This document shows, piece by piece, positions 1-9,212 of a stretch of 39,442 nucleotides of DNA (its first letter is position 1; the number at the start of each line of letters is the position of its first letter). The DNA comes from an uncultured Methanosarcinales archaeon (GTDB lineage: Archaea > Nanobdellota > Nanobdellia > Woesearchaeales > CAYSVS01), in contig CAZPRK010000007.1 of assembly GCA_964589485.1 (NCBI GenBank), positions 1 through 39,442 on the forward strand, given 5' to 3'. The position numbers and the translations under genes were made by a program. The notes beneath the pieces are model-generated. The model saw only the letters and a program-made list of their open reading frames with translations. It was not told the DNA's origin and searched no databases.

Positions 1-9
1 AACTGTCAA

Positions 10-591
10 ATGAATATTCAGGATGAAATAGTTAGTAAACTGTCAAACTTGGGATGTAAGATGATTCGTTTCGCAGAAGAAAATGCATATAGGGAAATGA
101 TTCAATTTACAGATATGGAGGCAACAGAGAGAAAAAAATTCGCAGAATATGTTGTCAAAAAAATATTTACACCTAATATAACTTTAAATGAAGATTTAGA
201 TGATTTCTTTGATAATGAAAAAGAAATAACTAAAGGTGGAGAAATTTTACTTGAATCTGGTTTAAGTTCAACAAAAGTAAAAGAAGCAATTGTATTTTCA
301 TTAGATGATCAAAGACAATTTAATGAGAGAGCATTGTTATTCTATGTAAATGAACTACTAAAACCTCAATTATATGAACAATTCGCAAATTCTTATGGTA
401 CACGTGTAGAATTAACTGATTTAATTTTTTGTCAAGAAATAGGATTAGGCCAAGCTTACGAAATATCTAAAAATGTTAAAGAATTTAGACATTTCCAAGA
501 TTTCTTAAATGTATCACGCCGTGTTTTTAATTTACACCACGAAGTTAGCTATAGTATATTAAAAAGAGAAATATATAACAGACAAGTTTAA
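10..591 (+). CDS. hypothetical protein (193 aa)
   Basis: Long ORF with typical codon usage; no recognisable motif; true start could lie upstream of the window edge. Confidence 0.65.
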   Translation: MNIQDEIVSKLSNLGCKMIRFAEENAYREMIQFTDMEATERKKFAEYVVKKIFTPNITLNEDLDDFFDNEKEITKGGEILLESGLSSTKVKEAIVFSLDDQRQFNERALLFYVNELLKPQLYEQFANSYGTRVELTDLIFCQEIGLGQAYEISKNVKEFRHFQDFLNVSRRVFNLHHEVSYSILKREIYNRQV

Positions 592-617
592 ATATGAATT
601 AAATAATTAAATAATAA

Positions 618-1298
618 GTGAAAAATACAATTATTAAATTAGATAATGTTTGGAAAGTATATAAAATGGGAGATGTAGAAGTTCCTGCATTAAGAGGAAT
701 CAATATTGACATTAAAGAAGGTGAATTTGTTTCAATTATGGGTCCTAGTGGAAGTGGTAAGAGTACAGCAATGAACATGGTTGGAGCATTAGATATTCCA
801 ACTAAAGGTAAGATTTTCCTTGAAAACAATAATATTGCAAATATGGATGAAAGTGACTTAGCACAAATTAGAGGAAAAACAATAGGATTTATATTTCAAC
901 AATTTAATTTAATACAAACTCTTACAGCATTAGAAAATGTAATGCTTCCAATGACGTTTCAAAACATTTCAAAAGAAAAAAGAATTAAACGTGCACAAGA
1001 TTTATTACAAAAAGTAGATCTTTTAGAAAGACAACATCATAAACCAAACGAGTTATCTGGTGGACAACAACAAAGAGTTGCCATTGCAAGAGCATTAGCC
1101 AATAACCCTAAAGTAATACTTGCAGATGAACCTACCGGAAACTTAGATTCAAAGACAGGAATAAATGTAATGCACTTTTTACAAGAACTTAATGAAAAGG
1201 AAGGAAAAACTATTGTTATGGTTACTCATGACAAAAATATATCAAAAAACGCTAAAAGAACCGAAATACTTAAAGATGGGAAGTTCTTAAGAGGTTAA
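618..1298 (+). CDS. ABC transporter ATP-binding protein, LolD/MacB (SalX) family
   Basis: Walker [10 protein letters not shown], signature [15 protein letters not shown], Walker [13 protein letters not shown]-loop VTHD; GTG start. Confidence 0.95.
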   Translation: MKNTIIKLDNVWKVYKMGDVEVPALRGINIDIKEGEFVSIMGPSGSGKSTAMNMVGALDIPTKGKIFLENNNIANMDESDLAQIRGKTIGFIFQQFNLIQTLTALENVMLPMTFQNISKEKRIKRAQDLLQKVDLLERQHHKPNELSGGQQQRVAIARALANNPKVILADEPTGNLDSKTGINVMHFLQELNEKEGKTIVMVTHDKNISKNAKRTEILKDGKFLRG

Positions 1299-1302
1299 TA
1301 AA

Positions 1303-2511
1303 ATGAAAAAAACTATATTTTTACTATTAATTGTATTAATGTCATCATACGTATCAGGAGGATTGGTTGATGGTCATAAAATTGAAGCTACGTTAATAAG
1401 CCAAACTGCAGACCCAGTAAAACCTGGTGAATTTGTAGAATTAAGATGGAAAATTGAAAATATAGGTAAAGTATTAAACAATGTTGAGTTTGAACTTCTT
1501 CCAGAGTACCCTTTTAGTTTAACTGATTCAGGCATAAGAAAAGTTGGAAGTTTATATGGTAAGCAACAAGGCGATGATGCTGTTATTCTTTATTATAAAT
1601 TAAAAGTAGATGAAAGAGCAGTTGAAGGTATTAGTAAGGTAAAATTAAAATATAAAACTAATTCTTTAACTTGGACAACATTTCCTGATTTTGATGTTAG
1701 AATTCAAACAGATGATGCAATTTTATCTGTTGTTTCAGTTAACACTATACCTGAAGTGATTGCCCCCGGGGAAAAAGCAAGTATTGAAATTAAGTTAAAA
1801 AATGAAGCTGATTCAGTTTTAAAAAACATAAAATTAAAATGGACAACTTTATCCTTAACTTCGTCCACAACCGAACTACCATTTACTCCAATTAAATCTA
1901 CTAATGAAAAAATATTAAATTCATTACATCCAAAAAATGAAGAAAGTATTACATTTAATGTTGTAGTTAGTCCTGAAGCTGAGGCTAAAGATTATAAAGT
2001 AGAATTATCTCTGTCGTATGAAGATGAACTAGGAGAAAATTTCTCAACAAAAAATATAATGGGAATCATAGTTGGTAAAACTCCAGAATTAAGAATAACT
2101 CTTGAAGAAAGTGAAATTGTTAAACCAAATATGAATGGAGATGTTGGAATTAAAATAGTAAATAAAGGTGTAAGTGACATTAAATTTACAAATATAATTC
2201 TTCAAGAAAACGAATGTTATACAATACTTTCACCACATGAAGTTTATTTAGGAAATATTGACTCAGATGATTATGAAACTGCTGAATTTAAGCTCCATAT
2301 GCAAGGTTGTAATAACTTGCCAATTATTCTATCTTACAAAGATGCAAATAATCAAGAATATATTGAAGAACATACATTAAACATGAAACTATTTTCTGAA
2401 AAAGAAGCAATCAAGTTTGGATTAATTCAAAAAAGTAACAAAGTTGGAATATTATTAATTATTATTATCGTAGTTGGTGGATTTTATCTTTGGAGACGCT
2501 ATAAGAAATGA
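1303..2511 (+). CDS. COG1361 S-layer-domain / Ig-like repeat membrane-anchored protein
   Basis: N-terminal signal peptide, repeated Ig-like motifs (PVKPGEFVELRWKIENIG, IAPGEKASIEIKLKN), C-terminal TM helix plus basic tail; lies between ATPase and MacB permeases as is common in archaea. Confidence 0.8.
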   Translation: MKKTIFLLLIVLMSSYVSGGLVDGHKIEATLISQTADPVKPGEFVELRWKIENIGKVLNNVEFELLPEYPFSLTDSGIRKVGSLYGKQQGDDAVILYYKLKVDERAVEGISKVKLKYKTNSLTWTTFPDFDVRIQTDDAILSVVSVNTIPEVIAPGEKASIEIKLKNEADSVLKNIKLKWTTLSLTSSTTELPFTPIKSTNEKILNSLHPKNEESITFNVVVSPEAEAKDYKVELSLSYEDELGENFSTKNIMGIIVGKTPELRITLEESEIVKPNMNGDVGIKIVNKGVSDIKFTNIILQENECYTILSPHEVYLGNIDSDDYETAEFKLHMQGCNNLPIILSYKDANNQEYIEEHTLNMKLFSEKEAIKFGLIQKSNKVGILLIIIIVVGGFYLWRRYKK

Positions 2512-3734
2512 TTTTAGATTATATTGGCTTAGCCTTCAATAATTTAAGAAGAAGAAGGTTAAGAAGTTGGCTTACTTTAATTGGAATTATAATCGGAATA
2601 GCTGCAGTTATTTCTTTAATTGGTTTAGGTGAAGGACTTAGAGTAGCTATAACTTCTCAGTTCGGATTACTTGGAAATGATGTGCTTAGTGTAAGAGCAT
2701 CCGGAATTGATTTTGCAGGTCCTCCAGGAACTAATACGCCAAATCCTTTATCTGATACATTATATAAAAAACTTGAAAATATTAACGGTATTGAAGCTGC
2801 ATTTAACAGGGATTTAGAAACAGTATTAATGAAATTTAACGATAAAGAAAAAACGGTTATAATAGCTTCATCTCCGGAAGGAAAAAATAGAAAATTATTT
2901 GAAAAAATGTTAAACCTGAAAACAGTTGAAGGAAGGTTACTTAAAGATAATGATAAGAAAAAAGTTCTTATTGGTTATAATTTTGGTAATAAAGATAATT
3001 TTGGTAGATCTATATCTAGTGGAAGTAAAGTTGAAATAAATGGTATAACTTTTGAAGTTGTCGGAAGACTTGAAAAAAAAGGATCTTTTATAATTGATAA
3101 TAATGTAATCACAAATGAAAAAGATATTCTTGAATCATTAGACAAAGACGATGGAACTGCGAATATAATTGCAGTTAAAGTTAAAGATGTTGACAAAATT
3201 AACATTGTCAAAAAAAATATAGAAAAAATATTAAGAAAAGAAAGAAATGTCAAAAAAGGTGAAGAAAATTTTATTGTACAAAGTCCAGTAAATGCAATTG
3301 AAAGTTTAAATTCAACTTTATTTGCAATTCAACTTTTTATTACAATAATCGCAACCATTTCTTTATTAGTTGGTGGAATTGGTATTATGAACACCATGTA
3401 TACATCAGTGCTTGAACGAACAAAGGAAATAGGAATAATGAAAGCTCTCGGAGCTAAGAATTCAGAAATATTCAAAATATTTTTTATCGAGTCTGGGTTT
3501 TTAGGACTTGTTGGAGGGTCTTTAGGTCTAATTATTGGGTTAATATTAGCATTTGGATTTGCATTTATTGGAAGAACTTTTTTAGGAAGTCAATTAATTC
3601 AAGCTCAAGTTACATTAACAGTTATAATAGGTTCAATGTTATTTTCATTTATATTAGGTATTATATTTGGTGTATTGCCAGCAATTCAAGCTTCAAAATT
3701 AATTCCAGTAGATTCATTGAGGAAAGCAAAATGA
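2508..3734 (+). CDS. ABC transporter permease, MacB/FtsX family
   Basis: RRRLRSWLTLIGIIIGI N-terminus, GGIGIMNTMYTSVLERTKEIGIMKALGA, PAIQASKLIPVDSLR; ATGA overlap with upstream gene. Confidence 0.93.
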   Translation: MILDYIGLAFNNLRRRRLRSWLTLIGIIIGIAAVISLIGLGEGLRVAITSQFGLLGNDVLSVRASGIDFAGPPGTNTPNPLSDTLYKKLENINGIEAAFNRDLETVLMKFNDKEKTVIIASSPEGKNRKLFEKMLNLKTVEGRLLKDNDKKKVLIGYNFGNKDNFGRSISSGSKVEINGITFEVVGRLEKKGSFIIDNNVITNEKDILESLDKDDGTANIIAVKVKDVDKINIVKKNIEKILRKERNVKKGEENFIVQSPVNAIESLNSTLFAIQLFITIIATISLLVGGIGIMNTMYTSVLERTKEIGIMKALGAKNSEIFKIFFIESGFLGLVGGSLGLIIGLILAFGFAFIGRTFLGSQLIQAQVTLTVIIGSMLFSFILGIIFGVLPAIQASKLIPVDSLRKAK

Positions 3735-4939
3735 GCGAAGAATTAAAATATGCAATTGGTAACTTGAAAAAAAGAAAATTAAGAACATTCCTTAGCGTTA
3801 TTTCTATTACAATAGGAATTACTTCAATTTTTGCAATAGTTAGCTTTGGATTAGGTTTACAAAGTTATGTTAATGAAATTGCTGCAGAAGCTGGTGTAGA
3901 TAAATTATTTATTCAATCAAAAGGAATAGGCGCTCCTGGTACAGATTTAACTTTTTCATTATCTAAAGAAGATATAAATTTTATAGATAAAATAAAAGGT
4001 GTAAATCAAATTACAGGTGTATATGCTCAAGCAGGTGAGATTGAACATAATAAACAAAAAAGGTTTGTATTTATTATGGGTATTGATACTAAACAACTTG
4101 ATTTTATTGACGAAAGTTTTACTGCTACAGTTGAAAAAGGAAGACATTTAAAAAAAGGAGATATAGATAAAGTTGCCCTAGGTTACAACTATCAATTAAA
4201 TGATAAAATATTTAAAAAGAAAATTAATATTGGAGATAAAGTTAATATTAATTCAAATAAATTTGAAGTCATAGGTTTTTATGAAGAACTTGGAAACCCT
4301 CAAGATGATTCAAACATTTACTTAACAAGGGAATCTTTTGAAGAAATATATCCAGATATTGAAGATAAGTTTGGTTTTCTTATGATTAGAGCAGATAAAA
4401 ATGTTAAAACTGCTGACTTATCTGAAAAAATAACTGAAAAATTTAGAAAACATAAAGATCAAAAAAAAGGAGAGGAAACTTTTTTTGTTCAAACTTTTGA
4501 AGACGCATTAAAAACTTTTGGAGATGTATTAAATGTATTGAATGGAGTTTTATTTTTAATTGCACTAATTTCATTAATAGTTGCAACTGTAAATATAATG
4601 AATACAATGTTTACAGCTGTAATGGAAAGAACAACTGAAATTGGTATAATGAAAAGTATCGGTGCTAAAAATTCAACAATACTAAAAATATTTATGTTCG
4701 AATCAGGAATTATAGGTTTAATAGGAGGAGTTACTGGAATCACAATTGGTTTTATTATTGCTTCTATTGGCGGAAATGCAGCTGCTGCATCTGGATTTTC
4801 TTTATTAAAGCCAATATTCCCTTTTAGTTTAATTTTTGGATGTTTATTATTTGCTTTAATTACCGGAATTATCGCAGGATACTTACCTTCAAGAAAAGCT
4901 TCAAACTTAAAACCAGTAGATGCTTTGAGATACGAATAG
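3731..4939 (+). CDS. ABC transporter permease, MacB/FtsX family (paralog)
   Basis: IMNTMFTAVMERTTEIGIMKSIGA and PSRKASNLKPVDALRYE motifs; ATGA overlap. Confidence 0.93.
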   Translation: MSEELKYAIGNLKKRKLRTFLSVISITIGITSIFAIVSFGLGLQSYVNEIAAEAGVDKLFIQSKGIGAPGTDLTFSLSKEDINFIDKIKGVNQITGVYAQAGEIEHNKQKRFVFIMGIDTKQLDFIDESFTATVEKGRHLKKGDIDKVALGYNYQLNDKIFKKKINIGDKVNINSNKFEVIGFYEELGNPQDDSNIYLTRESFEEIYPDIEDKFGFLMIRADKNVKTADLSEKITEKFRKHKDQKKGEETFFVQTFEDALKTFGDVLNVLNGVLFLIALISLIVATVNIMNTMFTAVMERTTEIGIMKSIGAKNSTILKIFMFESGIIGLIGGVTGITIGFIIASIGGNAAAASGFSLLKPIFPFSLIFGCLLFALITGIIAGYLPSRKASNLKPVDALRYE

Positions 4940-4987
4940 TATCTGAAAGCTATGAACACAAGTGAATATGCTTTGAGATTCGAATAG
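4920..4987. repeat. direct plus inverted repeat (A-A'-A) hairpin element between convergent genes
   Basis: ATGCTTTGAGATACGAATAG (4920-4939) vs ATGCTTTGAGATTCGAATAG (4968-4987), 19/20 identical; intervening GTATCTGAAAGC (4939-4950) is an imperfect inverted copy. Confidence 0.85.
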
Positions 4988-4988
4988 A

Positions 4989-6116
4989 TTAATAAAACTC
5001 TTTTAATAATTTAAATACTTCTGGATTATTTTGTAATTTTCTAATGGCTCTATTTTCTATTTGTCTTATTCTTTCTCTTGTTACTCCTATTTTTTTTCCA
5101 ACTTGTTTTAAACTTCTCGCCCAGCCATCATCTATTCCAAATCTCATATTTAATATGTAAGCTTCTCTTTCACTTAATATACTAAACGCTTCTTTAACTT
5201 TACCTTTTAATGTATTTTGTTCTACAATTTCTTCAATATCTACAACTTCGTCTTCTATAAGTTCATTAGATTCTCCTTCGAAAATTGCATCGAGTGAAGA
5301 TGTTTGTTTTAAATTTAAAAGAAAGTTTATCCGTTCTTGAGGTAATTCAAATTCTTTGGCAATTAACTCTATATCTGGTTCAAAACCATATTCAGTTTGA
5401 AATTCTCCTACAAAATTAGCTATTTTTTTTTGAACTTCTTTTACGTGAACAGGTATTCGTACTAAATTATCAGATTGTAAATAACGTTGTATAGCCTGAT
5501 TGATCCACCAAGTAGCATATGTAGAAAATTTATATCCTAACTTATGTTCAAATTTTGGAATTGCCCTCATCAAACCTAAATTACCTTCTTGAATTAAATC
5601 TAAGAATACCCTATCATCTCTTAGATACTTCTTCGCAATATTTACAACTAATTTCGTATTACATTCTACAAATTTGTATACGGCTTGTTCATCTCCCCTA
5701 TCTACAGCGATAGATAGTTCACGTTCTTGTTCTTTAGTTAGTAAAGAATGACCCTTAATTTCATTTAAATAAAGACTTGTTGGATCGAGCAAATCTACTT
5801 TTCTTTCAAGTAACTCAACTTCATGTAATCTACTAATAGGTAAAACAGTATGATTATTATGATTAACTAAATATTCATAAACTTTACTAAATGTTAAACC
5901 TAATTTCTTTGTTACTTGATCTACGGTTAAATGAGATTTAGATTCAGGTATAGGTTCACCGCTAATTATATGTAAGTGATTTATAATATAAGCTCCTTTA
6001 ATTTCAGGTCCATGTAATTCTTTTAACCTTCTAATATCTTTAGATTCTAATTGACGTACCTTCTCTGTTTCATAAGATCTCAATAGAGATATTCCTGAAT
6101 ATAAATTGGATGTCAT
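4989..6116 (-). CDS. RNA polymerase sigma-70 family factor, RpoD/RpoS-like (regions 1.2-4.2) with N-terminal extension
   Basis: Region 1.2 DPTSLYLNEIKGHSLLTKEQE; region 2 DLIQEGNLGLMRAIPKF..GYKFSTYATWWINQAI; region 3 VRIPVH; region 4 LSEREAYILNMRFG..SLKQVGKKIGVTRERIRQIENRAIRKL. Confidence 0.95.
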   Translation of the reverse strand: MTSNLYSGISLLRSYETEKVRQLESKDIRRLKELHGPEIKGAYIINHLHIISGEPIPESKSHLTVDQVTKKLGLTFSKVYEYLVNHNNHTVLPISRLHEVELLERKVDLLDPTSLYLNEIKGHSLLTKEQERELSIAVDRGDEQAVYKFVECNTKLVVNIAKKYLRDDRVFLDLIQEGNLGLMRAIPKFEHKLGYKFSTYATWWINQAIQRYLQSDNLVRIPVHVKEVQKKIANFVGEFQTEYGFEPDIELIAKEFELPQERINFLLNLKQTSSLDAIFEGESNELIEDEVVDIEEIVEQNTLKGKVKEAFSILSEREAYILNMRFGIDDGWARSLKQVGKKIGVTRERIRQIENRAIRKLQNNPEVFKLLKEFY

Positions 6117-6134
6117 TTTACAAGAAATAACGTA

Positions 6135-6149
6135 TATTTATAAAAAGCT
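6135..6149 (-). promoter_or_regulatory. archaeal TATA-like promoter of sigma gene 1
   Basis: Minus strand AGCTTTTTATAAATA; TTTATAAATA begins 28 nt upstream of the ATG at 6116; no SD. Confidence 0.6.
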
Positions 6150-7082
6150 TTAGTACAAATCTTCTAATTGAGAAGCAAATTTACTTTCTCTTAAATTTTT
6201 TAATCCTCTTTTATACAATTTTCTAGCAATCCCATCAGATCTATTCATTCTTCTACCTATTTCTCTCAAAGATAATTTATCTACACCTAAACCAAAAGCA
6301 TGAGTAATAACAAAATATTCTCTTTCATTTAAAATTTTTAAAGCATCTTTAATAACTTCACTTTTTTTTAGAATTTCAAATGCAGAGTCTACAGTACCCG
6401 GAATAATGTCACCAAGTGAAGAATTTTCACTTATTGGGTCATCTAAAGAATATGAAACTCTACTACTATTAACAACTTCAAATACTTTCTTTGTAGGTAA
6501 GCTTAGTTTTACAGCTATTTCTTCCAAAGAAGGTTCCCTTTTTAATTTTTTTCTTAGAATTTCTTGTTCTCTTTCAATTTTACTTTTATTTTTAATTAAG
6601 CTAACAGGTAACCTAATTAAATAAGCTGTCATTTTAACTGCATCTTGAATTGACTTTCTAAGTTTAGAGTTAGCATAAGTAGAAAATTTATACCCAAGAG
6701 ATTTATCAAAGTCTTCTATTGCTTTATATAATCCAAAAATAGTTTCTTGAAAATAATCAAATAAAGTTAGACTTGTATTATGTCCTTTCTTAATTTCTTT
6801 TTTTGCAAATTGCATACCTAATCTTAGGTTTGAAAACAATATTGTTTGAAATGCATCAGGGTCTCCGTTTTCATATTGTTCAAAAAGAGATATTTCTTGT
6901 TCAGGTGTAAGAACTTCATATTTTTGTAAAATAGAAACATAATCTTGGAAATTATAATTTGAATCAGTATTTTCTAAAACTTTACTAGATAAATTAGCAG
7001 ATAAATCTAACATTCCTCTTACTTCTTGACCTAATACCTGAGGAAGATCATATAATACTCCTATTTCTGAAGAACCTCTCAT
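6150..7082 (-). CDS. divergent sigma-70 family factor
   Basis: YEVLTPEQEISLF (1.2), SNLRLGMQFAKK (2.1), FDKSLGYKFSTYA (2.3), LIRLPV..LKREPSLEEIAVKL..SLDDPI (3), LNEREYFVITHAFGL..LSLREIG (4). Confidence 0.88.
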   Translation of the reverse strand: MRGSSEIGVLYDLPQVLGQEVRGMLDLSANLSSKVLENTDSNYNFQDYVSILQKYEVLTPEQEISLFEQYENGDPDAFQTILFSNLRLGMQFAKKEIKKGHNTSLTLFDYFQETIFGLYKAIEDFDKSLGYKFSTYANSKLRKSIQDAVKMTAYLIRLPVSLIKNKSKIEREQEILRKKLKREPSLEEIAVKLSLPTKKVFEVVNSSRVSYSLDDPISENSSLGDIIPGTVDSAFEILKKSEVIKDALKILNEREYFVITHAFGLGVDKLSLREIGRRMNRSDGIARKLYKRGLKNLRESKFASQLEDLY

Positions 7083-7102
7083 AAATAAAGTAATAATATG
7101 TT

Positions 7103-7120
7103 AATTTATAAGATTTTCTT
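7103..7120 (-). promoter_or_regulatory. archaeal BRE-TATA-like promoter of sigma gene 2
   Basis: Minus strand AAGAAAAT-CTTATAAA; box begins 30 nt upstream of the ATG at 7082. Confidence 0.6.
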
Positions 7121-7192
7121 ATTAAGTATTTTTAGTTATTAATACTTATAAATTAGCAAACATTTTTAAATGATATTTTTTCTTAAAATAAA

Positions 7193-8065
7193 ATGAATGC
7201 ATTATCCATCAATAATTTAGAAAAAACATACTCCAATGGAATGAAAGCTCTAAAAGGCATTTCTTTTGATGTAGAAGAAGGAGATTTTTTCGCATTACTT
7301 GGTCCAAATGGAGCAGGAAAAACTACAACTATAGGCATAATTACTAGTTTAGTAAATAAAACAAATGGAAGTTTAAAAGTTTTTGATAAAATTAAACAAA
7401 CTGAAATTAAAAAAATGATTGGAGTTGTACCTCAAGAGTTTAATTTCAACATATTCGAAAAAGTTATAGATATTATTGTTACACAAGCTGGATATTATAA
7501 TGTACCAAAAAAAGTTGCATTAAAAAGAACTAAACCATTATTGGAAACTTTAGGATTATGGGATAAAAGAAACCATAAAGCAATTACATTATCTGGTGGA
7601 TTAAAAAGAAGATTAATGATTGTAAGAGCTTTAATCCATAGACCTAAATTATTGATATTAGATGAACCTACAGCAGGCGTTGATGTTGAACTTAGATATA
7701 GTATGTGGGAATTTCTTAAAAAAATGAATAAAAATGGAACTACAATTATCTTAACAACTCACTATTTAGAAGAAGCTGAGCAGTTGTGCAATAAAATTGC
7801 AATTATAGATAAAGGAATTATCGTAAAAAATACAACAATGAAAGAATTACTTAAAACTGTAGATAAGGAAACTTATCTTATAGAAACAAAAAAGCCAGTA
7901 AAGAAAAAAGAGTACTTTGATTTAAATAAAATAGATACTAATACTTATGAAGTAAGTTTAAACAATAAAGATTTAAACAAATTTTTCAAAGATAATGAAG
8001 TAGTCAATATAAGAAACAAAGTTAACAAATTAGAAGGTTTATTTATGCAATTGGTGAAAAAATGA
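7193..8065 (+). CDS. ABC-2 type transporter ATP-binding protein (YadG-like)
   Basis: GPNGAGKTT, LSGGLKRRLMIVRAL, LILDEPTAGVD, TTHYLEEAE. Confidence 0.93.
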   Translation: MNALSINNLEKTYSNGMKALKGISFDVEEGDFFALLGPNGAGKTTTIGIITSLVNKTNGSLKVFDKIKQTEIKKMIGVVPQEFNFNIFEKVIDIIVTQAGYYNVPKKVALKRTKPLLETLGLWDKRNHKAITLSGGLKRRLMIVRALIHRPKLLILDEPTAGVDVELRYSMWEFLKKMNKNGTTIILTTHYLEEAEQLCNKIAIIDKGIIVKNTTMKELLKTVDKETYLIETKKPVKKKEYFDLNKIDTNTYEVSLNNKDLNKFFKDNEVVNIRNKVNKLEGLFMQLVKK

Positions 8066-8817
8066 TAGATTTAAAGACATTAGTAAATAGAGAGATTGAA
8101 AGATTTATGAGAATATGGACTCAAACTTTACTTCCTAGCGTAATAACAACTGCTTTATATTTTCTTATATTTGGTAAATTTATAGGAAACCAAATAAATG
8201 ATATTTCTGGGTTCAGTTACATGGCATTTATCGCTCCAGGGTTAATTATGTTAGGCGTTATAATGAACTCATATCAAAATGTATCAAGTTCATTTTTTTT
8301 AGCAAAATTTCAAAAAAGTATTGAAGAATTATTAGTTTCTCCAATTTCAAATAATAAAATAATATTTGGATTTATGTTAGGAGGAATGTTAAGAGGAATT
8401 TTTGTCGGAATCTTAATCATGTTAGTTTCATTATTTTTCATAGATCTTCAAGTATATAGTTATTCAGTTGTTTTAATTTATTTAATTTTAACTTCAGCAT
8501 TATTTTCACTTGCAGGGTTAATTAACGGAATATATGCAAATAATTTTGATGAAATTATGGTAGTTCCAACTTTTGTTTTAACTCCATTAATTTATTTAGG
8601 AGGGATATTTTATTCATTAGACGCTTTATCTGGATTTTGGCAAGGAGTTTCTAAATTAAATCCTATTTTATATTTAATCAATGGATTTAGGTTTGGTTTT
8701 TTAGGTATATCTGATATTAATATATTTGTTTCATTTGGAACTTTAGTTATATTTGTAATTATATTCTATGGAATAACTTATTACTTAATCGATAAAGGTA
8801 TTAGAATTAAGAGTTGA
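8062..8817 (+). CDS. ABC-2 type transporter permease (YadH-like)
   Basis: REIERFMRIWTQTLLP, IEELLVSP, NPILYLINGFRFGFLG; six TM segments. Confidence 0.9.
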   Translation: MIDLKTLVNREIERFMRIWTQTLLPSVITTALYFLIFGKFIGNQINDISGFSYMAFIAPGLIMLGVIMNSYQNVSSSFFLAKFQKSIEELLVSPISNNKIIFGFMLGGMLRGIFVGILIMLVSLFFIDLQVYSYSVVLIYLILTSALFSLAGLINGIYANNFDEIMVVPTFVLTPLIYLGGIFYSLDALSGFWQGVSKLNPILYLINGFRFGFLGISDINIFVSFGTLVIFVIIFYGITYYLIDKGIRIKS

Positions 8818-9190
8818 AATATTCTTTTTCCATTTTTTGCAATAAACGTAATTCTTTCATCAATTTATGAGTTTTATATTCAAGAGAAAGCTTAAGTGTT
8901 TTCATAGGCGATATTTCACGTTCAGTTAACAAAACTATTTTTTTAGTTAAATCATATAATTCTTCTTCAGAATATTGAAAAATTCTTGGAAATTTTTCTT
9001 CTTTTAAGCCTATTAAAAAATCAAGTCGGTTTCTAGCAAGTTCATCTAAATATGAAATTTTAGAATAAAAAATTATATCTTGTTCCGGTTGCACTTGTAA
9101 AGACCTTATATTCTGAGTAGACCTTAAATCACAAATAAAATACATACCATTTTCATTTTCAAAAGGAACATAATGTAAATCTAATCTCAT
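8807..9190 (-). CDS. hypothetical protein (127 aa)
   Basis: ORF fills the gap; TATA-like TTTATAAATT about 28 nt upstream. Confidence 0.6.
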   Translation of the reverse strand: MRLDLHYVPFENENGMYFICDLRSTQNIRSLQVQPEQDIIFYSKISYLDELARNRLDFLIGLKEEKFPRIFQYSEEELYDLTKKIVLLTEREISPMKTLKLSLEYKTHKLMKELRLLQKMEKEYFNS

Positions 9191-9212
9191 AAAATAAATA
9201 AATTAACTTAAT

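Noticed and set aside
1303..4939. Alternative genetic code (TGA readthrough)
   Set aside because: TGA ends genes at expected C-termini with ATGA overlaps, and conserved proteins are full length in code 11
599..4959. Antisense ORFs 599-829, 1992-2180, 2975-3253, 3959-4147, 4489-4959
   Set aside because: Shadows of well-supported ABC operon genes on the opposite strand
4920..4987. Mini CRISPR array (20-bp repeat, 28-bp spacer)
   Set aside because: Only two short copies, one inside a coding 3' end; the spacer is partly an inverted copy; no cas genes
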